DNA of 64,000 nucleotides from Zootoca vivipara (Eukaryota), in the NCBI RefSeq assembly GCF_963506605.1, contig NC_083284.1:10602001-10666000 (forward strand), written 5' to 3'. This document shows, piece by piece, positions 1 through 11,227 of the stretch (position 1 is its first letter; every line of letters begins with the position of its first letter). Position numbers and translations under genes: made by a program. Below the pieces are notes generated by a model. The model was not told the DNA's origin. It made no database searches and worked only from the letters and a program-made list of their open reading frames with translations.

Positions 1-600
1 ATATGGTGGACATGCAAGACAGTAAAAAGATTTTGGGAAAATTTGTATAACGAGTTGAAAAAGATATTTAAGTATACTTTCACCAAAAAAAACTGAAGCG
101 TTCTTATTGGGACTAATGGGCGATGAGATTGCTAAGGGGGATCAGAGACTATTTATGTATGCCACAACCGCGGTGAGAACTTTCCAAAAGTGGAAAACGC
201 AGGATGTACCAACTATTGGGGAGTGGCAGACAAAAATGATGGACTATGCTGAACTGGCAAAGTTGACCTGTGGGATCCGAAACCAGGGAGAGACAAAGTT
301 CCAGAGAGAATGGAGTAAATTCATTGACTGTATGGAGAAAAACTGTACAACTTTAAAGACACTTGCAGTACTGAAATAAATCCTACGAAATTGGACTGAG
401 TTTGCAAAAAAAAAAAAAAAAAACCTGCGAGATTAGAGTGAAATAACAAAGCCATATGAAGGGAGGGAGGGAAGTTACAGCTCGGCAGAGTGAAAGGAGA
501 TTAGATGAGGAATATATGATGTAATCAATGAGTTTTATTTTTGTGTATGTGTGTTTTATGTTTTGTCTAATTTGAAAATTGAATAAAAATTACTTAAGAA
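1..600 (+). mobile_element. L1-clade LINE 3' fragment
   Basis: Degenerate ORF2 C-terminus (IWWTC..., LFMYATTA..KWK..PT..EW), 3' UTR and A-rich tail. Confidence 0.7.
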
Positions 601-634
601 ACAAAAAACAAATCCTGTCTTAAGGCCACATTTG

Positions 635-1111
635 TGTATTGAATAGGGTGAGCCTGTGACCTGGATTCAGGTACAAAAGTATTTACCATCACAAAAGAAT
701 GGCCAGGCTGCCCACGTAGAGCAATCAGTGACCATTATCAGGTATCCTGGCAGACAGGATTTCTGCTATAGACCGCCTCCTAAGCTGTAGACCACCTCCT
801 TGTGTGATGTATGTACCGTATGACGTTTTAGTGGCATGGTCTTGGGCTAAAGTGTGGGCAATTTTAAAAAGTCTATATTAGGGTTTGTGAACCATTGTTC
901 AGGGTTCTCCTCCCTCCTGCATGTGATGAGTGGGGACCCTGTTGCAACAGTTCCTTTAATAAAGATCAGGCTTACTAGCTCGCTTTGCTTCTCAATATTC
1001 TCTGGTTGGCCTCTGTTATTTTCTCCCTACCAATAGGGAACCCACCTAAGGACTCTATATGGGCTCCGGAATACCCCATAAGGGAAAGGGAGCAGTTTTT
1101 CTTATAATACA
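635..1111 (+). mobile_element. Putative solo LTR
   Basis: TGTATT...AATACA termini, internal TATA-like element and AATAAA (~958). No TSD found. Confidence 0.5.
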
Positions 1112-1501
1112 AAACTACATTTATGCACCCACTTCCCATTAAATTACACTGTACTTGCCTTTCCCATGGGCAGATTTTTGGATTGCAAGCTGCTAGGGAC
1201 AGAGACCAGTCTTTTTTTAAGCTCCAGAAAGCTTTGTGTGTATTGATGGTATTGCATTAACAGGACTCACACACACACACCCCGACAAAGCACAAACAAC
1301 ATTTAGCAAGGAACTAGAAGCAAGATACAAAAGGACTAACAACACTTGTCATCTAGGAAACATGCCAACTCTTCTCCTGCAATAACAAGCTACCTATTAA
1401 CCCTTTCAGTTTTCTAGAACTGCTCAGTCCCAGCAGCTTATACTGCAGCCTCCGTGTGAACAATCTCCTATGCTAACAACCAGAGAACCGCTGAAACTCA
1501 C

Positions 1502-1510
1502 ACAATCCAT
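1502..1510 (-). CDS. First coding exon (MDC) of a third galectin paralog continuing beyond the left edge
   Basis: ATGGATTGT|GTGAGT inside sequence paralogous to the exon 1/promoter blocks of copies A and B. The downstream exons are not in the window. Confidence 0.7.
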
Positions 1511-1597
1511 GGGATACTCTTGCAGGAGTCCGACCAACAAGTAAGCAACTTTCTCTTCTGCCTCAGTTCTGCAGTTCTAGCAGAACAAGCCCCAGCT

Positions 1598-1740
1598 GCT
1601 TTAAATAGCTGGGGAAACAGCATCACCTGACAAAAAGGGTCTGCTGTGAGTGGGTGGTCTGTTCAGGTACCCAGAAATGCAAGGCAGAGAAAATCTGGGT
1701 TGATTAGCAAAAATCACTGATATGTTTAAACAGCTGTTGC
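1598..1740 (-). promoter_or_regulatory. Proximal promoter of third galectin copy
   Basis: TATTTAAA TATA-like element (~1600-1607), E-box CACCTG 1624-1629 and a TGACAAAAAGGGTCTGC block shared with the other copies. Confidence 0.55.
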
Positions 1741-2917
1741 TAGTTTGCTTTGCCGGCCCTCACCAACCTTTTGCTTTCCAGGTGTTTCGGACTACAGCTC
1801 CCATCAGCCTGAGCCCTCACCTGTGCTAGATGGGCTGATGGGATCTGTAGTCCAAAACACCTGGAAAGCACAAGGTTGGCAAAGCCCGCTTTATGCAATT
1901 GATTATCAGCAGCTTCCCAGCTGGCACTCATTGGAACATTTGCCCATTCTATTTTTTTACTTTGATCTGGGTTTTGAGTGCCAGCAGACCAAAAAAGGCA
2001 GGTCAGCAAACAACTGCGCCAAGGAAGTAAATGGTCTTCAGTGGAATAAGGTGATTGGTTCATGGACGAGTGAGGATTTGTACCAGGTCTTGCCTGTTGT
2101 AGTCTGGAATGGCTCTAACCACTACACCACACTGGCTTCCTACCAGCTGCTGTTACTATAGAACTGAGTACTTGCTAGTCTAGGCCAATGCAGAAGTGTC
2201 CCTTCCCACATCTTCTGGAATCTGGAGAAGCCTCAGCTGTGGACACAGCAAATGTCAGAGGGGTAGCCATGCTAATTTGCTGCAACAAAGGGAGAGAGTC
2301 ACTTAACAGGCCCTGTCAGCCAGTGGCATAGCGTAGGTTGCCAGCACCCGGGGCTGTGCAGAGGGCAGAGTACACATGCACATTCAACTTCAACTGCCTA
2401 ACGGCATCTGCGTCGCCCAGGAGATCGTAGATAAGCAAAGAATAGTTTTTCCGTTGTCTTGAGAGGTCACTTCCTGGTTCGCATGGAGAAGCCATTTTAA
2501 AGAGAGTCCAGCAACGGAAGCATGCAGCTGTATTGAGGCAGGGGTGTTAAAATTTTGCACCCGGGGCAGCTGTCCCTATGGCCCCCACCCACTCTATGCC
2601 ACTGTCTTCAGTGGCTGTGCAAAAGGACTTTCACCACCACTATGTACCACCCAAATTGGCTCGGTGAGAGTCAGGAGAACCCCCAAAAGAGTGTGATGGA
2701 GAAGGAAGGGATTGTTCCATCTGACAAGCTGTAAAGTTTGTGCAGATGAAGCATTTGTCAGAGTGACATGCTGAATTCCACCCAAAGTATCTTGTGACTA
2801 GGGAGAATTTTGATCGAGTTCACATTTAAAGGTTAACCCACCCATCCAGTTCCCAATTTCCAAAGCAGTAAAAAGTGTGTCTCTTTTAAAAAAATAAAAA
2901 ATCTCATATTACAGAAT

Positions 2918-3137
2918 GTTGTTGTTTAGTCGTTTAGTCGTGTCCGACTCTTCGTGACCCCATGGGCCATAGCACGCCAGGCACTCCTGTCTTCCACTGC
3001 CTCCCACAGTTTGGTCAAACTCATGTTCGTAGCTTCGAGAACACTGTCCAACCATCTTGTCTTCTGATGTCCCCTTCTCCTAGTGCCCTCAATCTTTCCC
3101 AACATCAGGGTCTTTTCCAAGGATTCTTCTCTTCTCA
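2918..3137 (-). mobile_element. Bov-B (RTE) LINE 3' end
   Basis: LEKTLMLGKIEG...HGVTKSRTRLND, (CAA)n tail, TSD ATATTACAGAAT. Confidence 0.9.
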
Positions 3138-3163
3138 ATATTACAGAATAAACAGTATTAAAA

Positions 3164-3317
3164 TGGATAGCTCAGTTGGTTAGAGCATGGTGCTGATAAT
3201 GCCAAGGTTGCAGGTTCGATCCCTGTATGGGGCAGCTTCATATTCTTGCTTTGTGTGGGGGTTGGACTAAATGACCCTCAGAGTCCTTTCCAGTTCTACA
3301 GTTCTATGATTCTATGA
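3164..3317 (+). mobile_element. tRNA-derived SINE with CR1-type tail
   Basis: A/B-box head (TAGCTCAGTTGGT...GGTTCGATCC) and (TTCTATGA)n tail. Confidence 0.75.
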
Positions 3318-4362
3318 AAATAAAAAAAACCATCTACCCTTTCCAAGACATGAGGTCAGATTCTTACATCCTTTAGTTATATTTAATAATAATTTTAATA
3401 ATAATTTTATTATTTATACCACACCCATCTGGCTGGGTTTCCCCACTCTGGGCGGCTTCCATTTGTGAGACAATTCCAGTTACCACATGCAAACATAGCA
3501 ACCCAAACATTTTGTAATTAGTGGAGGAGGTCCCACTAATTTTTCCGTACATGATAAAAGTACACCAACCCACAAACTGTCTCTTTGACCAAGGAAAATA
3601 TTGTGGTCTAAGGTTTCACTATAAAAATATCACCAGGGTTTGGTTTCGGTTTTGAGAAATAATTTGGAGTTGTAGCCAACATTAGTCCTACTCTGAGGTA
3701 TTAATAGACTTGGTAAACTTAAGCCCATTAATTTCACTGGGTCTTCTCTGAGTAGAACCTAGTTGCACACAATCCTTTACCGGTGTCCAACGCAAGAGGT
3801 AGCAAAAAGGTGAACCCACTGGTCTTGCATCAGTGCGATTTACATCTTCAATCCACAGTTGAACATCTGTTGCAGCAGGTGTTGCAAATTGTGGAGTTGC
3901 CAAATTTCGCACTCCGGTTCTGCAGCTGTGCCTTTAACAGTAGCTTTTACATGCAGCAATTGGCAGGTGAGAATTGCTAAGCTCCCTGCTGTGAAAAGCT
4001 CATACAGTCCAGAGGTGCTATTAAAGGCACATTCTGATGGTTTCCTAAAAATAGAGCCATCTGAAGGTTGTTCAATGCCTGGGTGGGTTGCAGGGATGTT
4101 GGGGAGAGAGAAGTGAGAAGAGAAATGAGAGGGAGTGAGTGAGTGAAACAGAGAGTTTAGTAGAAATGATAGCTAAAGTAGAGTGTGTGCTAAAAAGAGG
4201 AAACAGGAGTGGGTTGGCAGGAACTGGGCTTTGCCCGCATTGGCAGAGTGCGAATAAAGGCCACATTTTCCACTGAGAAAGGAAGCAATATTTCTGTCTG
4301 GGCTGCACCACCTCAGCTTGGTCAGATGACAGAATTCACCTGCATACAAAAGATTCCCTCTG

Positions 4363-4568
4363 CAGACTCAGAAGAGGACAGGATTTCTGTGCCTTTAATT
4401 GCCCTGCTCTCTTTTGAGTCTGGAAACCTTAAAGAGAAACCAGCAGATGCTTTATTTAATTTCCAAGCAAAGGGTCTGCTGGTTTCTCTTTAAGGTTTCC
4501 AGACTCAAAAGAGAGCAGGGCAATTAAAGGCACAGAAGTCCTGTCCTCTATTGAGTCTGGCAACCCTA
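4363..4568. repeat. Long inverted repeat / fold-back MITE
   Basis: About 85-bp near-perfect arms (4363-4447 / 4476-4560) around an AT-rich loop. Confidence 0.85.
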
Positions 4569-5248
4569 TTGAAGACTAACGTGTTGCAATGATGGCCAAG
4601 CTACAACCTCTCTCATTGCCTGCTGGCATGTTAAGTCTCTTGGCTGGGAGGGATTTTAAAAATAATAACAAACAGAGAAGCCTGAAGTAATTACTGTACT
4701 ACCTGCGGTCTGAAGTGGTGCAGCCTAGATTTATGGCCTTGTGGAAAACTAAACCTAAGATGCACATACAAAAAAGGAATGCAAAACAATTAGTTGGGTA
4801 GCCATAAGACCTTTTACTTCCTGAGGCAATTGTGAGCGCATACCGGTACTTGCACAGGGATAATCGGTAGTTCATGCAATCAATGTTAACCTCATGACTA
4901 GGTCTGCAAGGAAGGATTTTGTATTGTGCTTTATCACTAGTTTTATCCTGTGTATTTTTATATATTCTTGTTCCTGGCTTATATATTTTATATTAAGTTT
5001 AGAAATTCATTTAATAAATGAATTAAAACACAGACCCCTACAGCTTACACCTAGTTGTCTCTCTCTGAACTCTAACAATGCCTCTTGGTTGTCTGGATGA
5101 GGACCAGGGGGAGGTCTGTGAACGCACCTAGAAACTACCGTACTGTTCAAAAGCAAGATTTATATTTGTTTCTCTGCCCACTTTTGCCCTGACTCCACCC
5201 ACTATGGACATGTAGCCCTCACAAAGTTGCCTCATCCCACAGGGAATG

Positions 5249-5670
5249 CATAGCTGCCAAGTCTCCCGTTTCCCCCGGGAAACCCCCGTTTTTACTTACC
5301 TTTTCCCGGTGGTCCCCTGTATCACTTCGTCTCCCGTTTTTCTCTGTTATTTTCTCCTGCCAGCGGCCATTTTTTTCCTTTCCGATTTGCCCTTCTATGG
5401 GCACAAAAAATGGCCGCTGCCGGCTCCAAAAGTCGCATCTACGACTTCTGGTGTCGGCGGCGGCCATTTTGGTGCCCATAGATGGGTGGGGCGACACCGG
5501 AAGTTGCGTCGACGCACTTCCAGTCATGCGAAGAAGCTACTTTTGAAGCCGGCGGTGGCCATTTTTGGTGCCAATAGAAGGGCAAAGTGACACCGGAAGT
5601 TACGTCGACGCAACTTCCGTTGTCACACAGCTGCCGGTCCCGGATTCTGCAGTCCGGGACTTGGAAGGTA
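5249..5670. mobile_element. hAT-type MITE (CATAGCTGCCAAG family)
   Basis: Imperfect TIR and 8-bp TSD AGGGAATG. Absent from the paralogous flank of copy B. Confidence 0.75.
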
Positions 5671-5764
5671 AGGGAATGCAATGTTCGGACTGAAAAAGTG
5701 CCACCCGCCACCTGATATAAAATAAAACCATGTTACACTGCCCATTTCAAATAGCCAAGTTGAA

Positions 5765-5770
5765 TTTATT
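5765..5770 (-). terminator. Poly(A) signal AATAAA, galectin copy A
   Basis: AATAAA about 27 nt after the stop, conserved in copy B. Confidence 0.7.
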
Positions 5771-5796
5771 CGGACATGTTACAGGACTGCAGGAAA

Positions 5797-5949
5797 TCAA
5801 GAGCCGAAGAATTTGAGGCCTCTGATTCTGAAGCCTCCTTCCACCGCTATGTATTCAAGGACCCTCAGGCCCAGCCGGTTGGGAAAGGAGATCTCGTGGT
5901 CGTCATCCAGGAGCACCTTGATCTCAGAATTAAGGAATGTGAAGGAAAG
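5797..5949 (-). CDS. Galectin copy A last exon
   Basis: ccttgcag|CTTTCC..., encoding FPNRLG and YIAVEG, with TGA at 5799-5797. Confidence 0.92.
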   Translation of the reverse strand, partial: LSFTFLNSEIKVLLDDDHEISFPNRLGLRVLEYIAVEGGFRIRGLKFFGS

Positions 5950-6768
5950 CTGCAAGGAGCAGAGAGGGAGCCATCAACACAGGACACTGAACAGTTTTTT
6001 AAATGACCTGGCAACATTTTAACTTCTTAAATTGGAACCATCTCCTTCGGGAGGTGGTGGACTCTCCTTCCTTGGAGGTTTTTAAGCAGAGGTTGGACGG
6101 CCATCTGTCATGCATGCTTTAAGTTAATGCATACAGACTGCGCATGTGCAGCATCCGGGGTGCCGCCCCCGTTACCAGCTGGGCTAGGTACACCCCTGTC
6201 TTGGGGTCCCTTTCAACTCTACAATTCTACGATTCTAAGGGAATGGCAGACACTGTTGTCAACAGTGCAAGCTAGTGTGGTGTAGTGGTTAAAAGCGGTA
6301 GACTTGTAATCTGGGGAACCGGGTTCGCGTCCCTGCTCCTCCACATGCAGCTGCTGGGTGACCTTGGGCTAGGCACACTTCTCTGAAGTCTCTCAGCCAG
6401 GTGTCTGTTGTGGGGGAGGAGGGGAAAGGAGATGGTTAGCCGCTTTGAGACTCCTTCGGGTAGTGATAAAGCGGGATATCAAATCCAAACTCTTCTTCTT
6501 CTCTTCTTCTTCTTCTTCTTCTTCTTCTTCTTCTTCTTCTTCTTCTTCTTCTTCTTCTTCTTCTTCTTCTTCTTCTTCTTCTTCTTCTAGCCATTCTGGG
6601 TTTCACTTTCCTGACAACAGCACCAAAGGCTGCTTTGACCCCCAAGGCCTTTCCACTGCTGATGAGTCTGTAGTACATCAAAGCCCAAGGACCAGAAGAG
6701 CAGCATTTTTATGCCTATCCGCATACCGTAGAGCCACTCATACCAAAAGTGTGTCCACCTGACTTGCA

Positions 6769-6802
<34 letters not shown>

Positions 6803-9482
6803 GTGCATAAGCATTGTAATAAAAAACACATGGAATTCATAAACATCCACAAAACAAAGGCAACGATCATTTCATTTGTGTGCCCTTGTAATTAAAAACG
6901 GGACACAATTGTTGTTCAGACAGGCCAGGTCCCCCAACACTGGCATTCCAGTTGTTCTGCACATATAAAAGGAACCCTCCTATGAAACATGGAGGCGTCC
7001 CACTTTCCCATGTGCCAGGGAAAGTAAACTTGTCCCCCCTCCAGATGTTGTTGGCCTGTTGGTTCCATCATGCCTCACCATCAGCCATGCTAGCCGAGGC
7101 TGATGGGATTATAATGTCATCTGGAAGGCTACAAATGCTTCTCCCTCGGAACAGGGAACTCCAGGAGAAGCTGCCTGCCTGCCTCCATTTGATCTACTGC
7201 TCAGACCTCACCTGAACTCTGCCGCCTTGCTGAAAAGGGAACTTGGAGATGCTCTCCTCCTCTTTCCCCCACACCCCATTTTCCTTGGAGTTGCACACAA
7301 TGGTGTTCGGACACTTCTGGCGGTGAAAGCGCGGATTGAAGTAAAGAACGAGGTTATCAGGGTCTTGGCCCAGTTTCACAACAAATCTTGAAGAGGTTTG
7401 AAAGTTATGAAAGAAACAAGAATAACAAACGTGAGAGGCTTACTGGACTTCAGCTGCAACAACAACAGGGCCCCTCTCCTAGGGGTTCACATGCTTGCCA
7501 TGCCGTAAGAATATTGAGAACATTCTTACATGCCACTTCAATCTCTGACGGGTGTGAGACTCCAGGGGTTTCAAGCGCTTACCAAGGGTTCGCGTTTCCT
7601 TCAGAATGAGGTGCAGCAGAGACTGAGGTTCACAGCATTAACACCCCCTTTGCTTCCCCCTTAGATGCAGCCTTGGATTCAAGCAGAAATCAGGCATGGC
7701 TCTGGCTTCCCTGGCTTCCCAGCTTCTAGCTTCTAGGTCACATAACTCAACTCTCTCTCCCAGTCTTTGTCTTTGTAACTACCAGTGAGTTGAGTGGGGG
7801 GGGGGGAGCACCCATTTGACCTCTGGCACTGAGCCACTTCCTTTGCTACCTGAATGACCCATACTTTGGGCCATTAGGAATAAGCAGGAATCTCGCCTGG
7901 CTAGTCTAGGAATTGTATCCATGCTGGATCCAAGAAGTGGAACGCCCTCCCATCAGATGTCAAAGAGAAAAACAGCTACCAGATTTTTAGAAGACATCTG
8001 AAGGCAGCCCTGTTTAGGGAGGCTTTTAATGTTTAATAGATTATTTTATTTCATTTCTCTGTTGGAAGCCACCCAGAGTGGCTGGGGTATAAATAATATA
8101 TTATTATTATTATTATTATTAATTATTATTATTATTATTAGGGGACCCAGGCATATAGCCTAAAAAACCCACCTCAAATTCATATATTGTGCTGGATTTG
8201 GGCTTCATGAAAACACTTTAAAAATTAAAAATAAAGCAAGGTTGTAGTCCTCATGGTTGCAGAGATTCAGGAATTATCTACCTGGAGCTTGATATAGACC
8301 AATGATGTCTATATCAAGGATGGAGCCCAAGATCTGCATAATGTGTCTGCCAATCCCTGTGACTCTTAAATTACTTAACTCACAACAATATCCCACATTC
8401 CCCATTACGTAATTTACAACAGCCTTGTAAGGAAGGCCAACATCCCCCTGCTGAAGATGAGGGGGCTACGGGAAGGCAACTTGGTTCATGGGACCAAGTA
8501 AGATACTGTATGCAGGTTCTAGACAAGGATGCTATAGGAAAGGCATCTTCAAATGTTTTGAAGGGCTTGCCATACTGATGGAGCAAGTTTATTTTGTTGC
8601 TGGCTACTGCATTCCGTAACCTGGTACCCTCCAGATGTTTTGGAAACTCCCTTCGGCCCCAGCCAGCTGGTAGGAACAAAGCCAAGGAAGAGGATTTCAC
8701 CTACACATTAGCACAGGGGGTGGGGCACCTGTTTAAGCCCAGTGGGGAGGTGCTTTGCATTCCTTTCTAGGTAACATGGCAGTCGCAAGCAGTGCCAGAG
8801 GCAGAAGAGGGTAGGCAAATACATTTTACTTTTGTACAATAGGGCATTTTCTCCATACACAGCCCTCTTGCAATCTCTCTCCTAATTTACTCTCCATTTT
8901 AAGGGTGTGGGCTGTAGTAGGAAATCAGGTAAAAAAAATGAGAGGATCTGTGTCCTACATCCTGCCTTGTTTAGAACATGATTCGCCCTTCCATGCCCTA
9001 TTTTAATAAATCCGGTGCTTCGGCATTCAGCTTAAGATCTTGGTACAGGTTTTAATTGCTATGTCCTGGACGCATGACCTGGGCAGAGCTTGCCCGGCAT
9101 ACGCAAGAGATTCTCCGTTCTCAGAAACACGTTTAAGGGCTATGTACACAGTGTGCCTACACCCGAGTTCCCGGAGACATGTGATATTCCCCCCCTTCCC
9201 TACTCACTCTTTGGCATCTGGCAGGATCCTCCCTTTCACCTGGACCATGTCTCCATGCAGGGCTTGGAAATCAGTGGCAACCACTCCCTAGGGGAAGGGG
9301 AAACAAGAGACATTTTTTCAGCCGCAGTGTTGGCAGGATGAGATTCAGGAGGGGAAGGGGAAGGGAAATTAATGTGCTTACCGTTTTTGTCCTGGAAATA
9401 AGGTGAGCCCAGGGACCACTGAGCAGACTTGGCGGTTTCTGCAAAAGGAGGACAGAGGGAAGCCGTCGACAGAGACAGACAC

Positions 9483-9543
<61 letters not shown>

Positions 9544-10593
9544 GACAGACAAGAGCACAGATAACATTGGTTAGTGCAGTGCTAGGGAACCTGTGCAGCA
9601 ATTTCAACACTCAGGTTAATAGAATGAGCTGCTTCCAGGAACTCTGCTTTAGGGCAGCCTACAAATACAGTGGTGCCTCGCAAGACGAATTTAATTCGTT
9701 CCGCGAGTCAATTCGTTTTGCAAAAAAATCCGTCTTGCGAATCGCGGTTACCCATAGGAATGCATTGAAAGTTCTTTTTTTGCCCATAGGAACACATTAA
9801 TTAAATTTCAATGCAATCCTATGGGACACCGTGATTCGCCAGACGAATTTTTCGCAAAACGAATTCGTCTTGCGAGTCACCATCAGATCGCAAGACGCAT
9901 TCGTCTTGCAAAAAAATCGTCTTGCAGGGCATTCGTCTTGCGAGGTACCACCATACTGTAAGTGAACCATAGAATAGATGACTTAGCCACATTCACTCAA
10001 ATACAGATGTTTTCAAGCCCTTCTCAGATCCCACATTTTCCTGCTAGGTCCTTTATTTATATAATTTCTATCTTGCCCCAGTGAGCAGCTGACCTCCTGC
10101 ATTTTGCAGTAGCTGCTGCTTCTGGACCTACCTTAGAAGCAGTATAATGAAATTTGGAACATATTCACAAACATATGGTTATAAATAACCCTACATGTAT
10201 TTGGATAACAACGACATTTATATGCCTGTATTCTAGAGAAGCACTTGTGGAATTGTAGTTGATTGCATACATAGTGATATAATACACCTTCTTTTTCTCT
10301 TTATGACTTTTTATTTTTACTTTATTTTGCTCAATTGAAATGCTCTCGATACAAAATTAAAATAAAAGAACCCAGAAGCAGCAAGAGAAACAGAGGCAAG
10401 AAGTCAGAGATACTGTATAAGAGTTAGCAGCTGAGATACAATCATGCTCCTCCCTAGAGAGAACAAGCCTCCTATTAACCCTTCTAATTTTCCAGCCTAG
10501 TTTTATTGCACTTGGTGGTATTACAGCTTCAATAGCAACTGCCTCCTATACTAACAACCACAAAAATGGACATACAAGACTCACGGACTGCAT
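5797..10593 (-). CDS. Galectin-1-like (16 kDa beta-galactoside-binding lectin/CG-16-like) copy A, 5 exons, 157 aa predicted
   Basis: Manual splice join(10593..10585, 9438..9382, 9287..9208, 7386..7212, 5949..5797), all GT-AG and in frame: MQS|KPPSLLSGPWAHLISRTKT|GVVATDFQALHGDMVQVKGRILPDAKE|FVVKLGQDPDNLVLYFNPRFHRQKCPNTIVCNSKENGVWGKEEESISKFPFQQGGRVQ|LSFTFLNSEIKVLLDDDHEISFPNRLGLRVLEYIAVEGGFRIRGLKFFGS*. Galectin motifs FNPRF, IVCNS, WGxE, FPF, FPNRLG are present, and intron phases match galectin-1. Confidence 0.9.
6268..6588 (+). mobile_element. tRNA-derived squamate SINE (Squam3-like) with (CTT)n tail
   Basis: TGGTGTAGTGGTT/GGTTCG boxes and a long TTC tail at 6491-6588. Confidence 0.75.
7212..7386 (-). 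CDS. Galectin copy A CRD core exon (175 nt)
   Basis: ttcaag|ATTT...GTTCAG|gtgag, encoding LYFNPRF, IVCNS, WGKE, FPFQQG. Confidence 0.93.
7935..8140 (+). mobile_element. L2 LINE 3' end
   Basis: TGGAACGCCCTCCC...GAAGACATCTGAAGGCAGCCCTG with (ATT)n tail. Same family at ~35160-35500 and ~48505-49170. Confidence 0.7.
9208..9287 (-). CDS. Galectin copy A 80-nt exon
   Basis: ttcccctag|GGAGTG...AAAGA|gtgagt, encoding GVVATDFQALHGDMVQVKGRILPDAK. Confidence 0.9.
9382..9438 (-). CDS. Galectin copy A extra 57-nt exon (KPPSLLSGPWAHLISRTKT)
   Basis: cctccttttgcag|AAA...ACG|gtaagc, phase 0-0, no stop. Same length and position as the exon in copy B. Confidence 0.7.
9468..9552. repeat. (AGAC)n microsatellite
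   Basis: Directly visible. Confidence 0.95.
9668..9958. mobile_element. Tc1/mariner-type MITE
   Basis: CAGTGGTGCCTCGC...GCGAGGTACCAC TIRs flanked by TA. Confidence 0.8.
10585..10593 (-). CDS. Galectin copy A exon 1 (MQS)
   Basis: ATGCAGTCC|GTGAGT. A 9-nt coding first exon as in galectin-1, paralogous to 1502-1510 and 24845-24853. Confidence 0.8.
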
Positions 10594-10664
10594 AATGATC
10601 TCTTCCAAGGGTGCAGCCAAAGAACCAAAACTTTATTTCTTCCAACCTCTGCGAATGAAGCCCC

Positions 10665-10810
10665 ACTTAAATAGCTGAGGCTTGTTTTCAAGGTCCTTTT
10701 AAACCGCATCACGTGATAAAAAGGGTTTGCAGTGAGTGGAGGGTCTGCTCCTCTCTCTAGCATTGCAAGGTGGAGAAAATCAGAGTCAATAGGCTAAACA
10801 GCTGGCCTGT
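10665..10810 (-). promoter_or_regulatory. Proximal promoter of galectin copy A
   Basis: TATTTAAG (~10666-10673), E-box CACGTG 10710-10715 and the shared AAAAAGGGT block. Confidence 0.55.
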
Positions 10811-10827
10811 TTCTGACGACTGGGAAC

Positions 10828-11227
10828 CGGTGCCGGATTTACGTATAAGCTAAACAAGCTATAGCTTAGGGCCCCACTCTCTTTGGGGGGGGGGGGGCAA
10901 ACAATTTAAAGGGGGAAAAACTGGGTGTACATTTCCAAAATATAAGAAAAAAACAAATAAAATGGCTTTAGATACCTATTANNNNNNNNNNNNNNNNNNN
11001 NNNNNNNNNNNNNNNNNNNNNNNNNNNNNNNNNNNNNNNNNNNNNNNNNNNNNNNNNNNNNNNNNNNNNNNNNNNNNNNNNNNNNNNNNNNNNNNNNNNN
11101 NNNNNNNNNNNNNNNNGAAAAACCAGCAACAATTTGTTGTTGACATATAAAGCTGGACATATAAAGGGCTCCATTACCTTCAGTAGCTTAGGGCCTAAAT
11201 CTGACCCTGACCCTAAATCTGACCCTG
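10828..11227. mobile_element. hAT-type MITE (spans assembly gap 10982-11116)
   Basis: 8-bp TSD CTGGGAAC on both sides and imperfect TIRs. Confidence 0.75.

Noticed and set aside
3164-3235. tRNA gene
   Set aside because: The tRNA-like head continues into a SINE body and tail, with a degenerate acceptor stem. The same applies to 6270 and the Sauria heads.
6408-6762. Poly-Ser/Arg/Phe ORFs
   Set aside because: Translations of the (CTT)n SINE tail.
9271-9567. ATG-initiated hydrophobic (LSVC)n frame in phase with galectin A, resembling a signal anchor
   Set aside because: It is a translation of the (TCTG)n microsatellite. A strong acceptor at 9439 and a proper exon 1 at 10593 explain the gene better.
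5797-10593. Calling copy A GRIFIN or LGALSL/GRP because of lost residues and an N-terminal extension
   Set aside because: It is clearly a local paralog of copy B (shared introns and promoter), and its sequence is galectin-1-type.
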